DNA from: a virus
Taxonomy: Duplodnaviria; Caudoviricetes
Virus record (IMG/VR): IMGVR_UViG_3300032243_001444
Coordinates: 1 to 40,649 of that record
Length of the DNA: 40,649 nucleotides
Direction: 5' to 3' (one strand)
The notes beneath the pieces are model-generated. The model saw nothing but the letters and a program-made list of their open reading frames with translations, was not told the DNA's origin and did no database searches. The position numbers were made by a program, and so were the translations under genes. Position 1 is the stretch's first letter. Every line of letters starts with the position of its first letter. This document shows positions 17,743-27,600 of the stretch, one piece after another.

Positions 17743-18579
17743 TCACTCGTTCATCAGATCAGCAAAAGCATCATCAAGCGATTGCTTCTTACCACCGTCG
17801 TCGTCTTTCTTAGACTTCTTTGCGGCAGGTTTTTCAGTGGACGTTGACTTGACTTCTGCAACAAGATCATCAAGCGCATCAGTCGTCGCTGGACCTCTAG
17901 ATACCTCTAGACTAGAGTCTGTGGTACCACCATTGAGCCAATTGTTGAGAATTGTCTCAATTTCTTGAGTTGACTTTAGACGATACATGTCATCAAGATT
18001 TGGAATCGAATTGAGCCAGGTTTCCATCTGCTTTGCATCTTCATGAAGTTTTGAAGGACGTCGAACAGGATCTACTGTCGTATCATTGAACTGCTTGCCT
18101 GGTTGCTTTGTGATTGAAACCTTCAGATCGAAGCCTTCCGTTGGAGAGAGGATATCACCGACCTCCTCATCGAGGAAGAATCCGAGCATACGCTGATAAA
18201 CAAGCTTACCGAATGCCCACACCTGAACACCCTTGTCTTCTTCGCCACGAACAATGACAGGAGCGTAACATCGCATCTTTGGTTGCAGCTTCTTGGCCAA
18301 AATCTTATCATCTGGCTTGCCGCTGCTGTACAGTTTACGAATCAAATCGTTAATTGGATCTGGTTTACCAAACTGGTGGGGTGCAAGAATACCAGCATTC
18401 TCACCGATGTAATAGAACCAACGCTCAGCAAAAGGTTGACCATCTGGTGAACTCTTCCAAGACAAGCAGCGGATCTTATGCTCACCCAAAGAGGGCTTCC
18501 ACAATTGGACCGATGAGGTCTTCTTAACACCGCTAAGCTCTGCAACACGACGCTTAATTGCTTCTAGATCAATAGCCAT
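17743..18579 (-). CDS. Single-stranded DNA-binding protein (gp32-like)
   Basis: WKP..G...IR, PF...WFYY, DPI, VRGEEDKGVQVWAFGK, GDI...EGFDL, acidic tail LDDAFADLMNE. Lies next to recA. Confidence 0.85.
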   Translation of the reverse strand: MAIDLEAIKRRVAELSGVKKTSSVQLWKPSLGEHKIRCLSWKSSPDGQPFAERWFYYIGENAGILAPHQFGKPDPINDLIRKLYSSGKPDDKILAKKLQPKMRCYAPVIVRGEEDKGVQVWAFGKLVYQRMLGFFLDEEVGDILSPTEGFDLKVSITKQPGKQFNDTTVDPVRRPSKLHEDAKQMETWLNSIPNLDDMYRLKSTQEIETILNNWLNGGTTDSSLEVSRGPATTDALDDLVAEVKSTSTEKPAAKKSKKDDDGGKKQSLDDAFADLMNE

Positions 18580-18683
18580 TTTGTTTTTTCCTTTTCCGTT
18601 TCCTATTCCTAATTGTAGCAGGAATATGTCATCTGCTCCGTGCAGATGATAACACCCTACTACCTAACTTTTAATGTGTTCAA
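18580..18683 (-). promoter_or_regulatory. Structured, GGA-rich 5' leader of ssb
   Basis: Hairpin TCATCTGC-ACGGA-GCAGATGA (18629-18649), second stem (18604-18626), then AGGAATAGGAAACGGAAAAGGAAAAAACAAA-ATG. Confidence 0.55.
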
Positions 18684-18692
18684 TTTTTGAAT

Positions 18693-18962
18693 TCACGACC
18701 AGCTTGGTTTCTTACGCTTTGGAGCTTTCTTACGAGACTTTGATCCCTTAATGGGCATGTCTGGGCTCATTCCGAGGGGTAAAGAAAAACCTTGAATTGC
18801 TCCAACGCCGCTGAATTCTTCCAATTCATCCTCTTCCGAATCCTTCTTCTTTAAAGATCTTTTGCCATTATCACGGCGGACGAGTTGCGACGCTGCAGGA
18901 CGATTTTCTTCTAATATTTCAAAAATCAATGCCTTAATAATGTTGCGCAACTCGTCATTCAT
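18693..18962 (-). CDS. Small phage protein with 'LRNIIK...ILEE' leader and basic tail
   Basis: MNDELRNIIKALIFEILEE...LEEFSGVGAIQGFSLPLG...KSRKKAPKRKK. ATATTTA 5 nt upstream of ATG. Confidence 0.68.
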   Translation of the reverse strand: MNDELRNIIKALIFEILEENRPAASQLVRRDNGKRSLKKKDSEEDELEEFSGVGAIQGFSLPLGMSPDMPIKGSKSRKKAPKRKKPSWS

Positions 18963-18985
18963 AAAACTAAATATTCACAAGAAAA

Positions 18986-19570
18986 TTATTCCTTCTCTTG
19001 TTTCGTAGAAATGATGTCTGCCTGGTGCACGATATCAGCCAGCAGAGGCTCCTTCATCTTATACGGAGCGTTGGTGTCATCGTACTGACCATCATTCAAC
19101 TTGATCGCCAAGAACTCATCTTGCGTGAGTTTCAGACCAAAGTGTTGACACAACCAGACTCCACGGTCTGGGACTGTCATGTACTGCATTTCTCGGTTGT
19201 ACTTGTACATCTCACCGAGCTTCTCGCGGTGCCAATCTGAATCCTGAGGAAGATAGTAGTCATTTTCGTGATCTCCCACCTTTCCTAGATCGTGAAAGAG
19301 ACAACCGATGATGAGAGAATCCTTGGGAACTTCCCAACCGAAGGTCTTGATGAGCTTCATGGCATTGGACAGGACTCGAAGAGAGTGATCTACTAGACCT
19401 CCAGGAAAAGCTGCATGATACTCCTTGCGAGATGAAGCGGGGCACAGTGCCAACCTTTCTCCTAGGTGATCTACAAGATTTAACGCTGCCTGTGATCGAT
19501 CCCCAAGCTTTTCGCACAATGATCTAAATTTATCAAAATTGGCTGCAATTTCTTCTGGTTCTAGTGACAT
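18986..19570 (-). CDS. HD-domain phosphohydrolase
   Basis: PAS...H.AFPGGLVDHSLRV, LFHDLGK, HQAD. Confidence 0.88.
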   Translation of the reverse strand: MSLEPEEIAANFDKFRSLCEKLGDRSQAALNLVDHLGERLALCPASSRKEYHAAFPGGLVDHSLRVLSNAMKLIKTFGWEVPKDSLIIGCLFHDLGKVGDHENDYYLPQDSDWHREKLGEMYKYNREMQYMTVPDRGVWLCQHFGLKLTQDEFLAIKLNDGQYDDTNAPYKMKEPLLADIVHQADIISTKQEKE

Positions 19571-19611
19571 ATTGACCTATCGTAATTCTTTTAAAATTGG
19601 TGTACAAGTTT

Positions 19612-20814
19612 TTACCTTGAGATTTCTTCAATTTTTAGAGGAAACTCCTGATCATATCCAGGTACCTTTACCTTACAGACCTTGGCCACGTCTTCCAATC
19701 GATCTGGATGAACATCAAGGATCAGTGCATCGTGTAGGACGAAGATCGGTCTAATGCCTTCAGAACCTAAAGTTTCAAAGACATTGCTAAATCCCATTAG
19801 GGATACATCGACTCCTGTACTTTGAGCATAATAACTGATAAAGATGTTGTCTTGAGGTCTATCGACGTTAAGACGACGACCATAACGATTTTGTATATAA
19901 CCCAAATTTTGGTGTTGCTGTCGTAATTTTCGTACCAGCGCGCGGGTGTCGATATATTCTTCAATCTGTCGAATTACGTTAATGACCTTGTCCTCTGACA
20001 CCCCTAGGTTCAATGCCACAGCTGACTTTGAAGAACCATACAAAACAGATAAAACGGCAGCTTTCACAAGATCACGAGGCATATTACCAAATTGCCTAGC
20101 AAGCATACCATATAAATCGAACTCAGGACAATCATTACCTGATTCGTATAATAGTATTCTAGCTTCTAATGATGAGAAATCTATTGATATGATTTTTCCA
20201 CCTGCGTTTGATGGCTTTAATATCGATCTATAATCTTTCTTCAACAAAAGAATATTCGGTCCTGAATCAACGATCAAACGTCCTGTCACGGTTCCGAACC
20301 TATCGTAAACGATGGGCGATGCATATCCTCCAGCGCGGGGACGAAAAGACTCAACGACTGGAGCGTTTGTTGCAGATAAACTTACGATCTCAGATATCCG
20401 CAAACCATCAACTTTTGCCGGTTTAAGGACATTCAAAATCTTATTGCCAGGTACCCACACATTTTGATAATAGTCAGTTGATATGTTTGTATTTGACTGA
20501 ACGTACTTGACAATATCATTAAAAAATGTCTTGTATTTTGAAGGAGGTAGTATCATAGACCATGGAGGTGATACTTGATCCTGCGCAAAATGTGACATCG
20601 CTTTGATGTATGGTTCTGGTATTTTAGGAATAGACGAAGACGGAACCATCGCAAGTTTCATTACCGTGTCCCAACATTTCGATGAATCACTTTTAATGTG
20701 ACCGCTAAAGTGCCAAGAAGAATCGTTGATGCGTTCTGTCCATGTAAATCCGTCTGATGATACCAATAAGTTCTTTTGAGAACCTATGAGAGAAGAATCA
20801 AGAACGATATCCAT
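19612..20814 (-). CDS. Short family-A DNA polymerase (palm/fingers only)
   Basis: TVTGRL, motif A IDFSSLEARIL, motif B RDLVKAAVLSVLYG, YAQSTGVD, motif C VLHDALILD. Only 400 aa. Confidence 0.85.
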   Translation of the reverse strand: MDIVLDSSLIGSQKNLLVSSDGFTWTERINDSSWHFSGHIKSDSSKCWDTVMKLAMVPSSSIPKIPEPYIKAMSHFAQDQVSPPWSMILPPSKYKTFFNDIVKYVQSNTNISTDYYQNVWVPGNKILNVLKPAKVDGLRISEIVSLSATNAPVVESFRPRAGGYASPIVYDRFGTVTGRLIVDSGPNILLLKKDYRSILKPSNAGGKIISIDFSSLEARILLYESGNDCPEFDLYGMLARQFGNMPRDLVKAAVLSVLYGSSKSAVALNLGVSEDKVINVIRQIEEYIDTRALVRKLRQQHQNLGYIQNRYGRRLNVDRPQDNIFISYYAQSTGVDVSLMGFSNVFETLGSEGIRPIFVLHDALILDVHPDRLEDVAKVCKVKVPGYDQEFPLKIEEISR

Positions 20815-20862
20815 TCAATACATCATATCTTATTGAACGTCAATTTTCATCAATGCGTCAAA

Positions 20863-23800
20863 TTATTTTCCTTGACTTTTTGCGCGAAGTTTGTTTTCTT
20901 GCTCAAGTTGAGAAGTCAACGTGTTGATACCAGCGACAAATTGTTGCGGATTCTCATATTGACCATATGCATCATAAAATGAAAACTTAATTTCTGTTTT
21001 ATAATTTCCAGGTGCAAAATTGTGGGTCAATCCGGTAATGTTATAAAGATTGTCTATTGTCGTTCCTGTCCCCAAATCTACAAAGTATTGTTGCATATAA
21101 TCTATCAATGGACATCCCAAAGTCGTTAAACTCAACTGTCCAGGAACGACGCGCAATGGTAATCCACCGCCGCCTGACCCGTCAGCTTCTGCTGGATTTG
21201 GACTTTTAGTATTATTACGTAACATCATAATCGTGCTCAACAGAGCGTCTTGATTGGAAGAATATGAGACGTTTTGCACTGCCGTTCCATTAGATCCTAT
21301 TAAAATGGTTGGCACAAACTCGGCAATTTTATTTTTTACTTGTTGGAATGAAGGTTTGTCTCCAAAATCAAAAGCCTCGACTTCAATTCCCGTGTTTGCA
21401 TCTTTAAGAACTTTATTGGTTGCTTTAACGGGATCTTCCGTATCATTTTGCGCTTTTTGCAGTTTACTAGCTAAAGTTTCATCAAGATCTCTTTGAGCTG
21501 CATCACTTCTTGTTCTTGCCCGCGCGAGCTCGACCTGTCGTTGCGGATTTTTTGGTGCGCTCTTAGCAAGACGTTCTGCAGTTGCGAGTTCTTTGGCCGC
21601 TTGTCTTTGAGCGCTTAGCTTTTCTGCTTGAATTTTTTGCGCTTCATCTAAAACGTTCTTATATGCGTTTGAATTTATAGAAACAAATTTTCCATCTGCT
21701 TGTTTCATTATAGTAGCAGCAGCTTGATGTGGAGTTGCAGCTTTATCAAAAATGTGAATTCTCATGATTTTTGAAACTTCTGATGAACGATTTCCAGTAG
21801 TTGCAATAGAAGAAGCAGACTCAAATTGTCTCAACAAATCGTCGCTAGTGTTGCTAATTCCTACGTTCGAATTTTGAGAACGATTCACATATGCTGTCTC
21901 AACATAAAAATCTATTGCGGGTTGAATAAATGACCCTTGATTTCCCACATTCGTAAATGTGGCTTTTTGAAATTCCTTTTGAGATTGTTCTGAACTATCC
22001 AATGCATATTTTCCATCTTTATATTGAAAGAATTTAGATAGACCAAACGCTCTGTGTCTCATTTCGTTAAACTGAGATTCTCTAACAATCTCTAGAAAAT
22101 TGAGAATGGACATGCGTTCGCCTTTTTGTTCTGTTATTTTATTTGTGTATGCCTTTTCTAACATTGCCATGTCTATAGGAAATTCTGCAATGTTCATAGA
22201 TCCAACATATCCTGCTTGAGAATTAAATCGATAAAATATAACCTGGAATTCGTCAACTACACCGTTTATTCCGGTAGATAATTGTTGGAAATAATTTAGA
22301 AAAACTCTGCCAAATGATGTGCTACCAAACTTATTATATTCAATGTTGATTTTTGCAGATTCTTTGTCTTGCGGATTCTCTTGTTGTTTTATGATTTCAT
22401 TAAGTCGATGCGGCGGATCTTTGCCTGGCATACCTACAGCGTCATCTTTAAATTTATCGGAAAAAAACGTAAAAAGATCATTGGCGGTTGTTTTCTTCAA
22501 CGGTTCAAATCTAGTAGAAGAAATCGTCTTTGCAATTTTTTCTAAGTTTGCGGCCGCTTTAGGTTTGGCATCTTTCGATTTCCCAGGTACTTCAAACAAG
22601 CTATTCAATAAATCTTTTGCTTCTTTAGCAGCAGAAGAATTAGAAGCTTTTAATGCTTCTAGCAACGCATCTACTTGTTTTTTATATTCTGCCGCGTCAA
22701 TATCAGGAAACGTACCACCTGCGGCCGCATTGATTAAAACAGAACCCCTGATATCAGCACCACCGACGTTAAAAGATTGAATGCCAAGTTCCTTTAATAT
22801 TCTTGATAAATTTGCCATGTCTTCGGCAACTTGATCTTTCATCGAATCATATACTTGTCCTAAGCCATCTGAAACGGCTTCTGTCATTTCAGCTGTTCCC
22901 TTAGTAAATAAATTTAACACGACTGTTGTAACACCAGCATCATCAATCGAAACGCTGGTGTTTCTGACGCCGAAGGCTTCTCGCTTCATCATATTTTCAT
23001 TAATGAATTTTATATAAGGATTTTCTTCTACACCTGGTGTTTGAGCCGGGCCACGCCACCCATAAGTTATCCATAATGTTGCTGCCTGATACAATTTAGG
23101 GTTAATAAAATCGGCAATTTCGACAAGCCTAGATCTATCAAAAATCTTTAATGTTAAAGTTGCTGTTTTAAAAGATAATAATCCTACGCTAGGAACGACA
23201 TTTATTGCAAAAGATACAACGGTCCCAAATGGTAAAGTTCGATTGCGGATTGGATGATATCTGACTGTAGTTTGATCAAAATCCATATTGATCAAAGTTT
23301 GCGGCATCATAAAAGTCTCCATCCCACTCATAAAACTTTTGTCGACATATTGATTTTCGACAGCTGGTTTCACGTCGGTCGTATTAGGCGGCGTCGCAGG
23401 TTTTTTTGTGGAAGTAGAACTAAACGTATTCTGACCACCCTTACCATATTTTGCCGCCGCGGAAGCAAGTAGGATTTTACTTTGTTCTTTATTTCTTTCA
23501 AGATCTTCTTTTACCATTGGGTCATTTGAAGAAGCTGAAGATTGTGATATTTTTTTTAAAACAGAAGAATCGTACAATAAAGCATTCGCAGTACCATCTT
23601 TAATGTCTTCTGATGTGTCCATTAAAAATTTTAAAGGACCCATAAACGTCAAAGGTCTTCCAGTTTCTTTAGCTTTACGACTTAAAATGAAGCGAACGTC
23701 AACATATGGGACACATTGCGATATGAGTATTGTGGGAGAATAATTTATGAATGCATCAACTTTTTCGGTTCCTCTAAGCTTTACGTCGATAATGGGGGTA

Positions 23801-24345
23801 TCAACTAATATCATTGATAGTTTTGCAGAACGTTCAGGAGTTTCCCCTTGATGACTTCCAATCATGTCGCGAAGATTTTTAAATTCTTTTTTTGATGGTG
23901 CTTTAGATCCAGCTTTTTTAGCAACGGATGATGGCGCAAGATATGCAGAGGGTCTAACATCTTTATAAAAATCTTGAATTTTGTTCTCTAAGTCAGATGC
24001 AGTTGTATCACCATTATAATGATAAACTCTTAAAATTCTGGCTATTTTAGCTTTAGCTTCGGTAACATTTCCATTTTGATCATTAACCTTAGATAAGTTT
24101 TCTATTTCGGTCCACAAAGATTCTATAGGCTTACAAGATCCAGCTGAAACAGGAAATAAAATGTCTATAAGTTTTGTATACAAACTTAGGTCAGAATCCA
24201 AATTACGAGATTGCATCGTCGTAATCGGAGCTAATGTTGCTAATGCTTTAGCACCTTGAGCAGTCGTGTTCTTAAAACTACGATATGTTCCTTCAAGGGT
24301 ATCAAACCTTTTATAAAAATCATTTTTGTTAGAAGAATCAGGCAT
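20863..24345 (-). CDS. Large tail/baseplate protein (putative hub)
   Basis: 1160 aa, downstream of the LysM-like gene. ITYGW motif and C-terminal LGCP...QYFVDLGTGTTIDNLYNITGLTHNF...YKTEIKF, resembling gp27/GPD-like hub C-termini. Assignment rests mainly on synteny. Confidence 0.55.
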   Translation of the reverse strand: MPDSSNKNDFYKRFDTLEGTYRSFKNTTAQGAKALATLAPITTMQSRNLDSDLSLYTKLIDILFPVSAGSCKPIESLWTEIENLSKVNDQNGNVTEAKAKIARILRVYHYNGDTTASDLENKIQDFYKDVRPSAYLAPSSVAKKAGSKAPSKKEFKNLRDMIGSHQGETPERSAKLSMILVDTPIIDVKLRGTEKVDAFINYSPTILISQCVPYVDVRFILSRKAKETGRPLTFMGPLKFLMDTSEDIKDGTANALLYDSSVLKKISQSSASSNDPMVKEDLERNKEQSKILLASAAAKYGKGGQNTFSSTSTKKPATPPNTTDVKPAVENQYVDKSFMSGMETFMMPQTLINMDFDQTTVRYHPIRNRTLPFGTVVSFAINVVPSVGLLSFKTATLTLKIFDRSRLVEIADFINPKLYQAATLWITYGWRGPAQTPGVEENPYIKFINENMMKREAFGVRNTSVSIDDAGVTTVVLNLFTKGTAEMTEAVSDGLGQVYDSMKDQVAEDMANLSRILKELGIQSFNVGGADIRGSVLINAAAGGTFPDIDAAEYKKQVDALLEALKASNSSAAKEAKDLLNSLFEVPGKSKDAKPKAAANLEKIAKTISSTRFEPLKKTTANDLFTFFSDKFKDDAVGMPGKDPPHRLNEIIKQQENPQDKESAKINIEYNKFGSTSFGRVFLNYFQQLSTGINGVVDEFQVIFYRFNSQAGYVGSMNIAEFPIDMAMLEKAYTNKITEQKGERMSILNFLEIVRESQFNEMRHRAFGLSKFFQYKDGKYALDSSEQSQKEFQKATFTNVGNQGSFIQPAIDFYVETAYVNRSQNSNVGISNTSDDLLRQFESASSIATTGNRSSEVSKIMRIHIFDKAATPHQAAATIMKQADGKFVSINSNAYKNVLDEAQKIQAEKLSAQRQAAKELATAERLAKSAPKNPQRQVELARARTRSDAAQRDLDETLASKLQKAQNDTEDPVKATNKVLKDANTGIEVEAFDFGDKPSFQQVKNKIAEFVPTILIGSNGTAVQNVSYSSNQDALLSTIMMLRNNTKSPNPAEADGSGGGGLPLRVVPGQLSLTTLGCPLIDYMQQYFVDLGTGTTIDNLYNITGLTHNFAPGNYKTEIKFSFYDAYGQYENPQQFVAGINTLTSQLEQENKLRAKSQGK

Positions 24346-24348
24346 TAT

Positions 24349-24648
24349 TTATCCTATAAGGTTGGCGACAGCGTTGATATCAGGAACGCTTATTACAGTT
24401 CCTTGTGGAACTTGCAATCCCCACCCTATATCACTTGCAGCTGCAAGAACCCACCAGAATCTTGCGTCGTTATAATACAATGCAGCTAACTGATCTAATC
24501 TTTGTGATCCATTAACGATAGTAACTTCTACAACAGGTATAAGACCTGACAATATACCAGATCTAATTATAGAAATAGCTCGAGAAGTTCCAAATTGATT
24601 ACCTAGCCCTAAAACGGCTGAGCTTCTATATCGACTGAAAGTAGCCAT
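24349..24648 (-). CDS. LysM-like baseplate wedge / tail protein X (gp53-like)
   Basis: QRLDQLAALYYNDARFWWVLAAASDI...GTVISVP. Confidence 0.8.
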   Translation of the reverse strand: MATFSRYRSSAVLGLGNQFGTSRAISIIRSGILSGLIPVVEVTIVNGSQRLDQLAALYYNDARFWWVLAAASDIGWGLQVPQGTVISVPDINAVANLIG

Positions 24649-24670
24649 AATTTATTATATTAACTCTCTA

Positions 24671-27600
24671 TCATTGTTTGACCACACTATATACAGGAGC
24701 TCTGTTATATCCATGACTATCAATACCAGGAGAAATATCATGGATTGGTGAGAAAGACAACGTTACTTTACACATCTTGGGTGCAACGCCAAGTTCTGGA
24801 TCAATTTCCCATGTTGTTTGATTATACCAATCAAAATTCATAGACTCAATGAATCCTGCCAATCCTTTGCCACCTGCTGATTTAAAAGATTTAATAATTG
24901 CATTGTTATTTGGATCTAAGAAAGCCGTTAAAGCTTCTGTTGGATTACTGTGTCCTAGTCTATTACGTTCAATTGCTTTTTGTTCTTCCGTCATTTGTAA
25001 AGCTGCAGATTTGAAATACAAATCTACATATTTACTTGTTTTTTCATACTTAATCCTTACAAGACAATCATTTTCACCGATGTTTAGTAAAGAATTTTTT
25101 GGGGCTATTTCTGCAACAAATTTTTTATTTTCAACGACATCTTTCTTATCTATATCCAGCTCTATACGAAGCAATTCTTGATCCTTAATAGGTCCTAACA
25201 TATCATTAGTTACAACTAAAAATGTTCCTGGAAGAGTATCTGAGGTTATTTTAAAATCTGGTTCTTTTAGATCGTTGGCATTGATCGCTGCATATTGTCC
25301 TTTAGTATCATTTACGTCTTTTGGTATCTTCATATTTCCATCAGAAGCACCAAATAAACGAGCAATTGCGGAATTTGAATAATTTGATCTTAATAAATCG
25401 CCTAATCTAATTCTGACTAAAGGAGAAGCTCCGATCATTTGACTAAATGGCGCTTTAAACTGAAAGTTAGTTTTACCGTCTTGCGATGGTTGAATCAGAT
25501 CTCTTCCTTCCGTATATTGCGGATATATCAAAGTCAACAACTTATTAATTTTATACCACATTTGTTTAAAATCAGCTTCGCTGGTAGAAGCTACGAAAAA
25601 AGACATACCGATTTTACGACTGGTACCTTTATAGATTTTTACAGGTTCCACACGCCCAAACCCGTCAACACTGTCATATGAAGAAGTATAGTCATCAGTT
25701 AATGATGATAAAAACGCATGAAAAGAAATGATTTCATTTGTTCGAACGTCTTGAAAATAAAACGGAACGTATTCTGCATCTAATAATTTTTCAAATGCTT
25801 CTCTAAGCTCTGTAGGAATTCTTTTATCAAGACTTAAAGGTAACGTTCTCTGAGCACTCTGAGCAATACCAGGGAACGTGACGGAGGGAGATATTATCGC
25901 ATTAAGTCCGCTTACGGTGGGAGGAACTAAATACATAGACGGAGCGCGTTGATTGCTCCAAGCTAGCGTAGGATCATAATTGTTTTTGTATGATAATCTG
26001 CTTTTTTGTACAGTGGCTTGTTGAACACCGTTGTTATCTCTTTGAAGCTCAGCTTTTCCTGTAGGGGCATTAACTACGATTTTATTGTTTGCTGCAGGTA
26101 AAGAATCAACGGCCGCTATTTCAATCGTTTTTCCATCAGCATCTTTAGTTCGTATTAAGGAATGTTCTCTATCTAACAAGCTATCTCCTAAAGTCGCAAA
26201 GACATTTAAAGAAGAAACAAGTTTAGAAGATCTAAAAACTCGTAACAATCCAAGTATTGATTTAGCCCCCGCAAGACCGCTGGTATTGAATTTTCTGATT
26301 ATACTATCGATTGCTATTGCAAAAACTAGAGCAGAACGAACTATTGTTCTACAAACAACTAAATTTGCATTTAATGGTGAGTTTTCTCCTATGATTGCAT
26401 CTAAACCTATTCCTGCTAAAGCAAGAGCCATTTCACCGTAAGAAATAGAAGCTTTTTCAGATCCCAGGAAAAAAGCTCTAACTCCATAACCAACACATTC
26501 AGAATAACTGTTGTTTGTCTTTCTTAATCCAAATACTTCATTTGGATCTGGCATGAAATCAAAGAAAGAATTACTGTTTGGTTGAACGAATATGTAACTT
26601 CCCTTAGCTTGCTGATCTGACTCTGTTGAACCTTTAGCACCATCAGCTATTTTTCTTGAAGATTTCCTTGTATTTTCGCCAATCAAGAAAAGGCTGTATA
26701 ATAAATTAATCGCTAACACCATTGCGATCATAGTCAGCGAGAGGCCTATTGCGCTGCCAGGTTCATCATAAGATTCTGTGCTACTGTAAGCTGCGCCCCA
26801 TGATTGATCGTTTGAAGTAAATCCTCGAGCAATATTGATGAGCGAAGCAGGATCTTCTTCTCCTTCAGACAAATGATCTAAAACATCCCGTGCCATTAAT
26901 TGAGCATTATCGACTTTTAATGCTCCGACTTGAACGACGGAAGGTAAAATCGCTCCAGCTTCTGCAAGATTGCCTGTTGGATTAAATTTATCTGCTGTCC
27001 AAGCTGGTATTTCACCTGCAGCACGTTGTAACAATCCCGTGCCTATCTTGGCCATTCTTAAATGTGATACAGGAGTACCATCAGCTAATTTCAACGTTGG
27101 ATTAAAAGTTGACCTTGATCTTGCGCGGGCGGCCCATCGATTGTTTCCTATCGAAAGAACGCCGACATTGTTCGTCTTGTACCCATTAAGAGGATGAAAT
27201 TCATCAACAATCGAGTTTCCCGTAGCGGAACCAAACTCGTCGATTCCTTGATCACCATCAATGACACCGCCCGGTTGATAAGCAGAAGAGTCTAATCCGC
27301 TAGTCTTAAAATCCAAGCGACCATTAGAATTTTTTAACTTATCATCAAAACTAAGATTACCAGAAATATCTTTCAATAAATTCTGGCCATTATACGGCGC
27401 AGCAATATCACTCTTACCTTTAGAGAAGTTTGAAGAGTTAGCTAGGCTGGTTTGAGATGTTAAGCTTGGATCTGTCGATAAAGGCTTAATTTGTTCGCGC
27501 GAGACATAAATTTCTGTATTAGTCGTTGATAACGGAGGAGTTGAAAACCCCTGTTCAACGACGTTAGCACCAAGAATAGTTGACACGTTTTCAGGAACAG

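Noticed and set aside
18986-19570. Z-genome pathway (HD as DatZ, all-alpha enzyme as MazZ)
   Set aside because: No PurZ in the window, and the HD protein looks like the generic large-phage type. It cannot be excluded for the rest of the genome.
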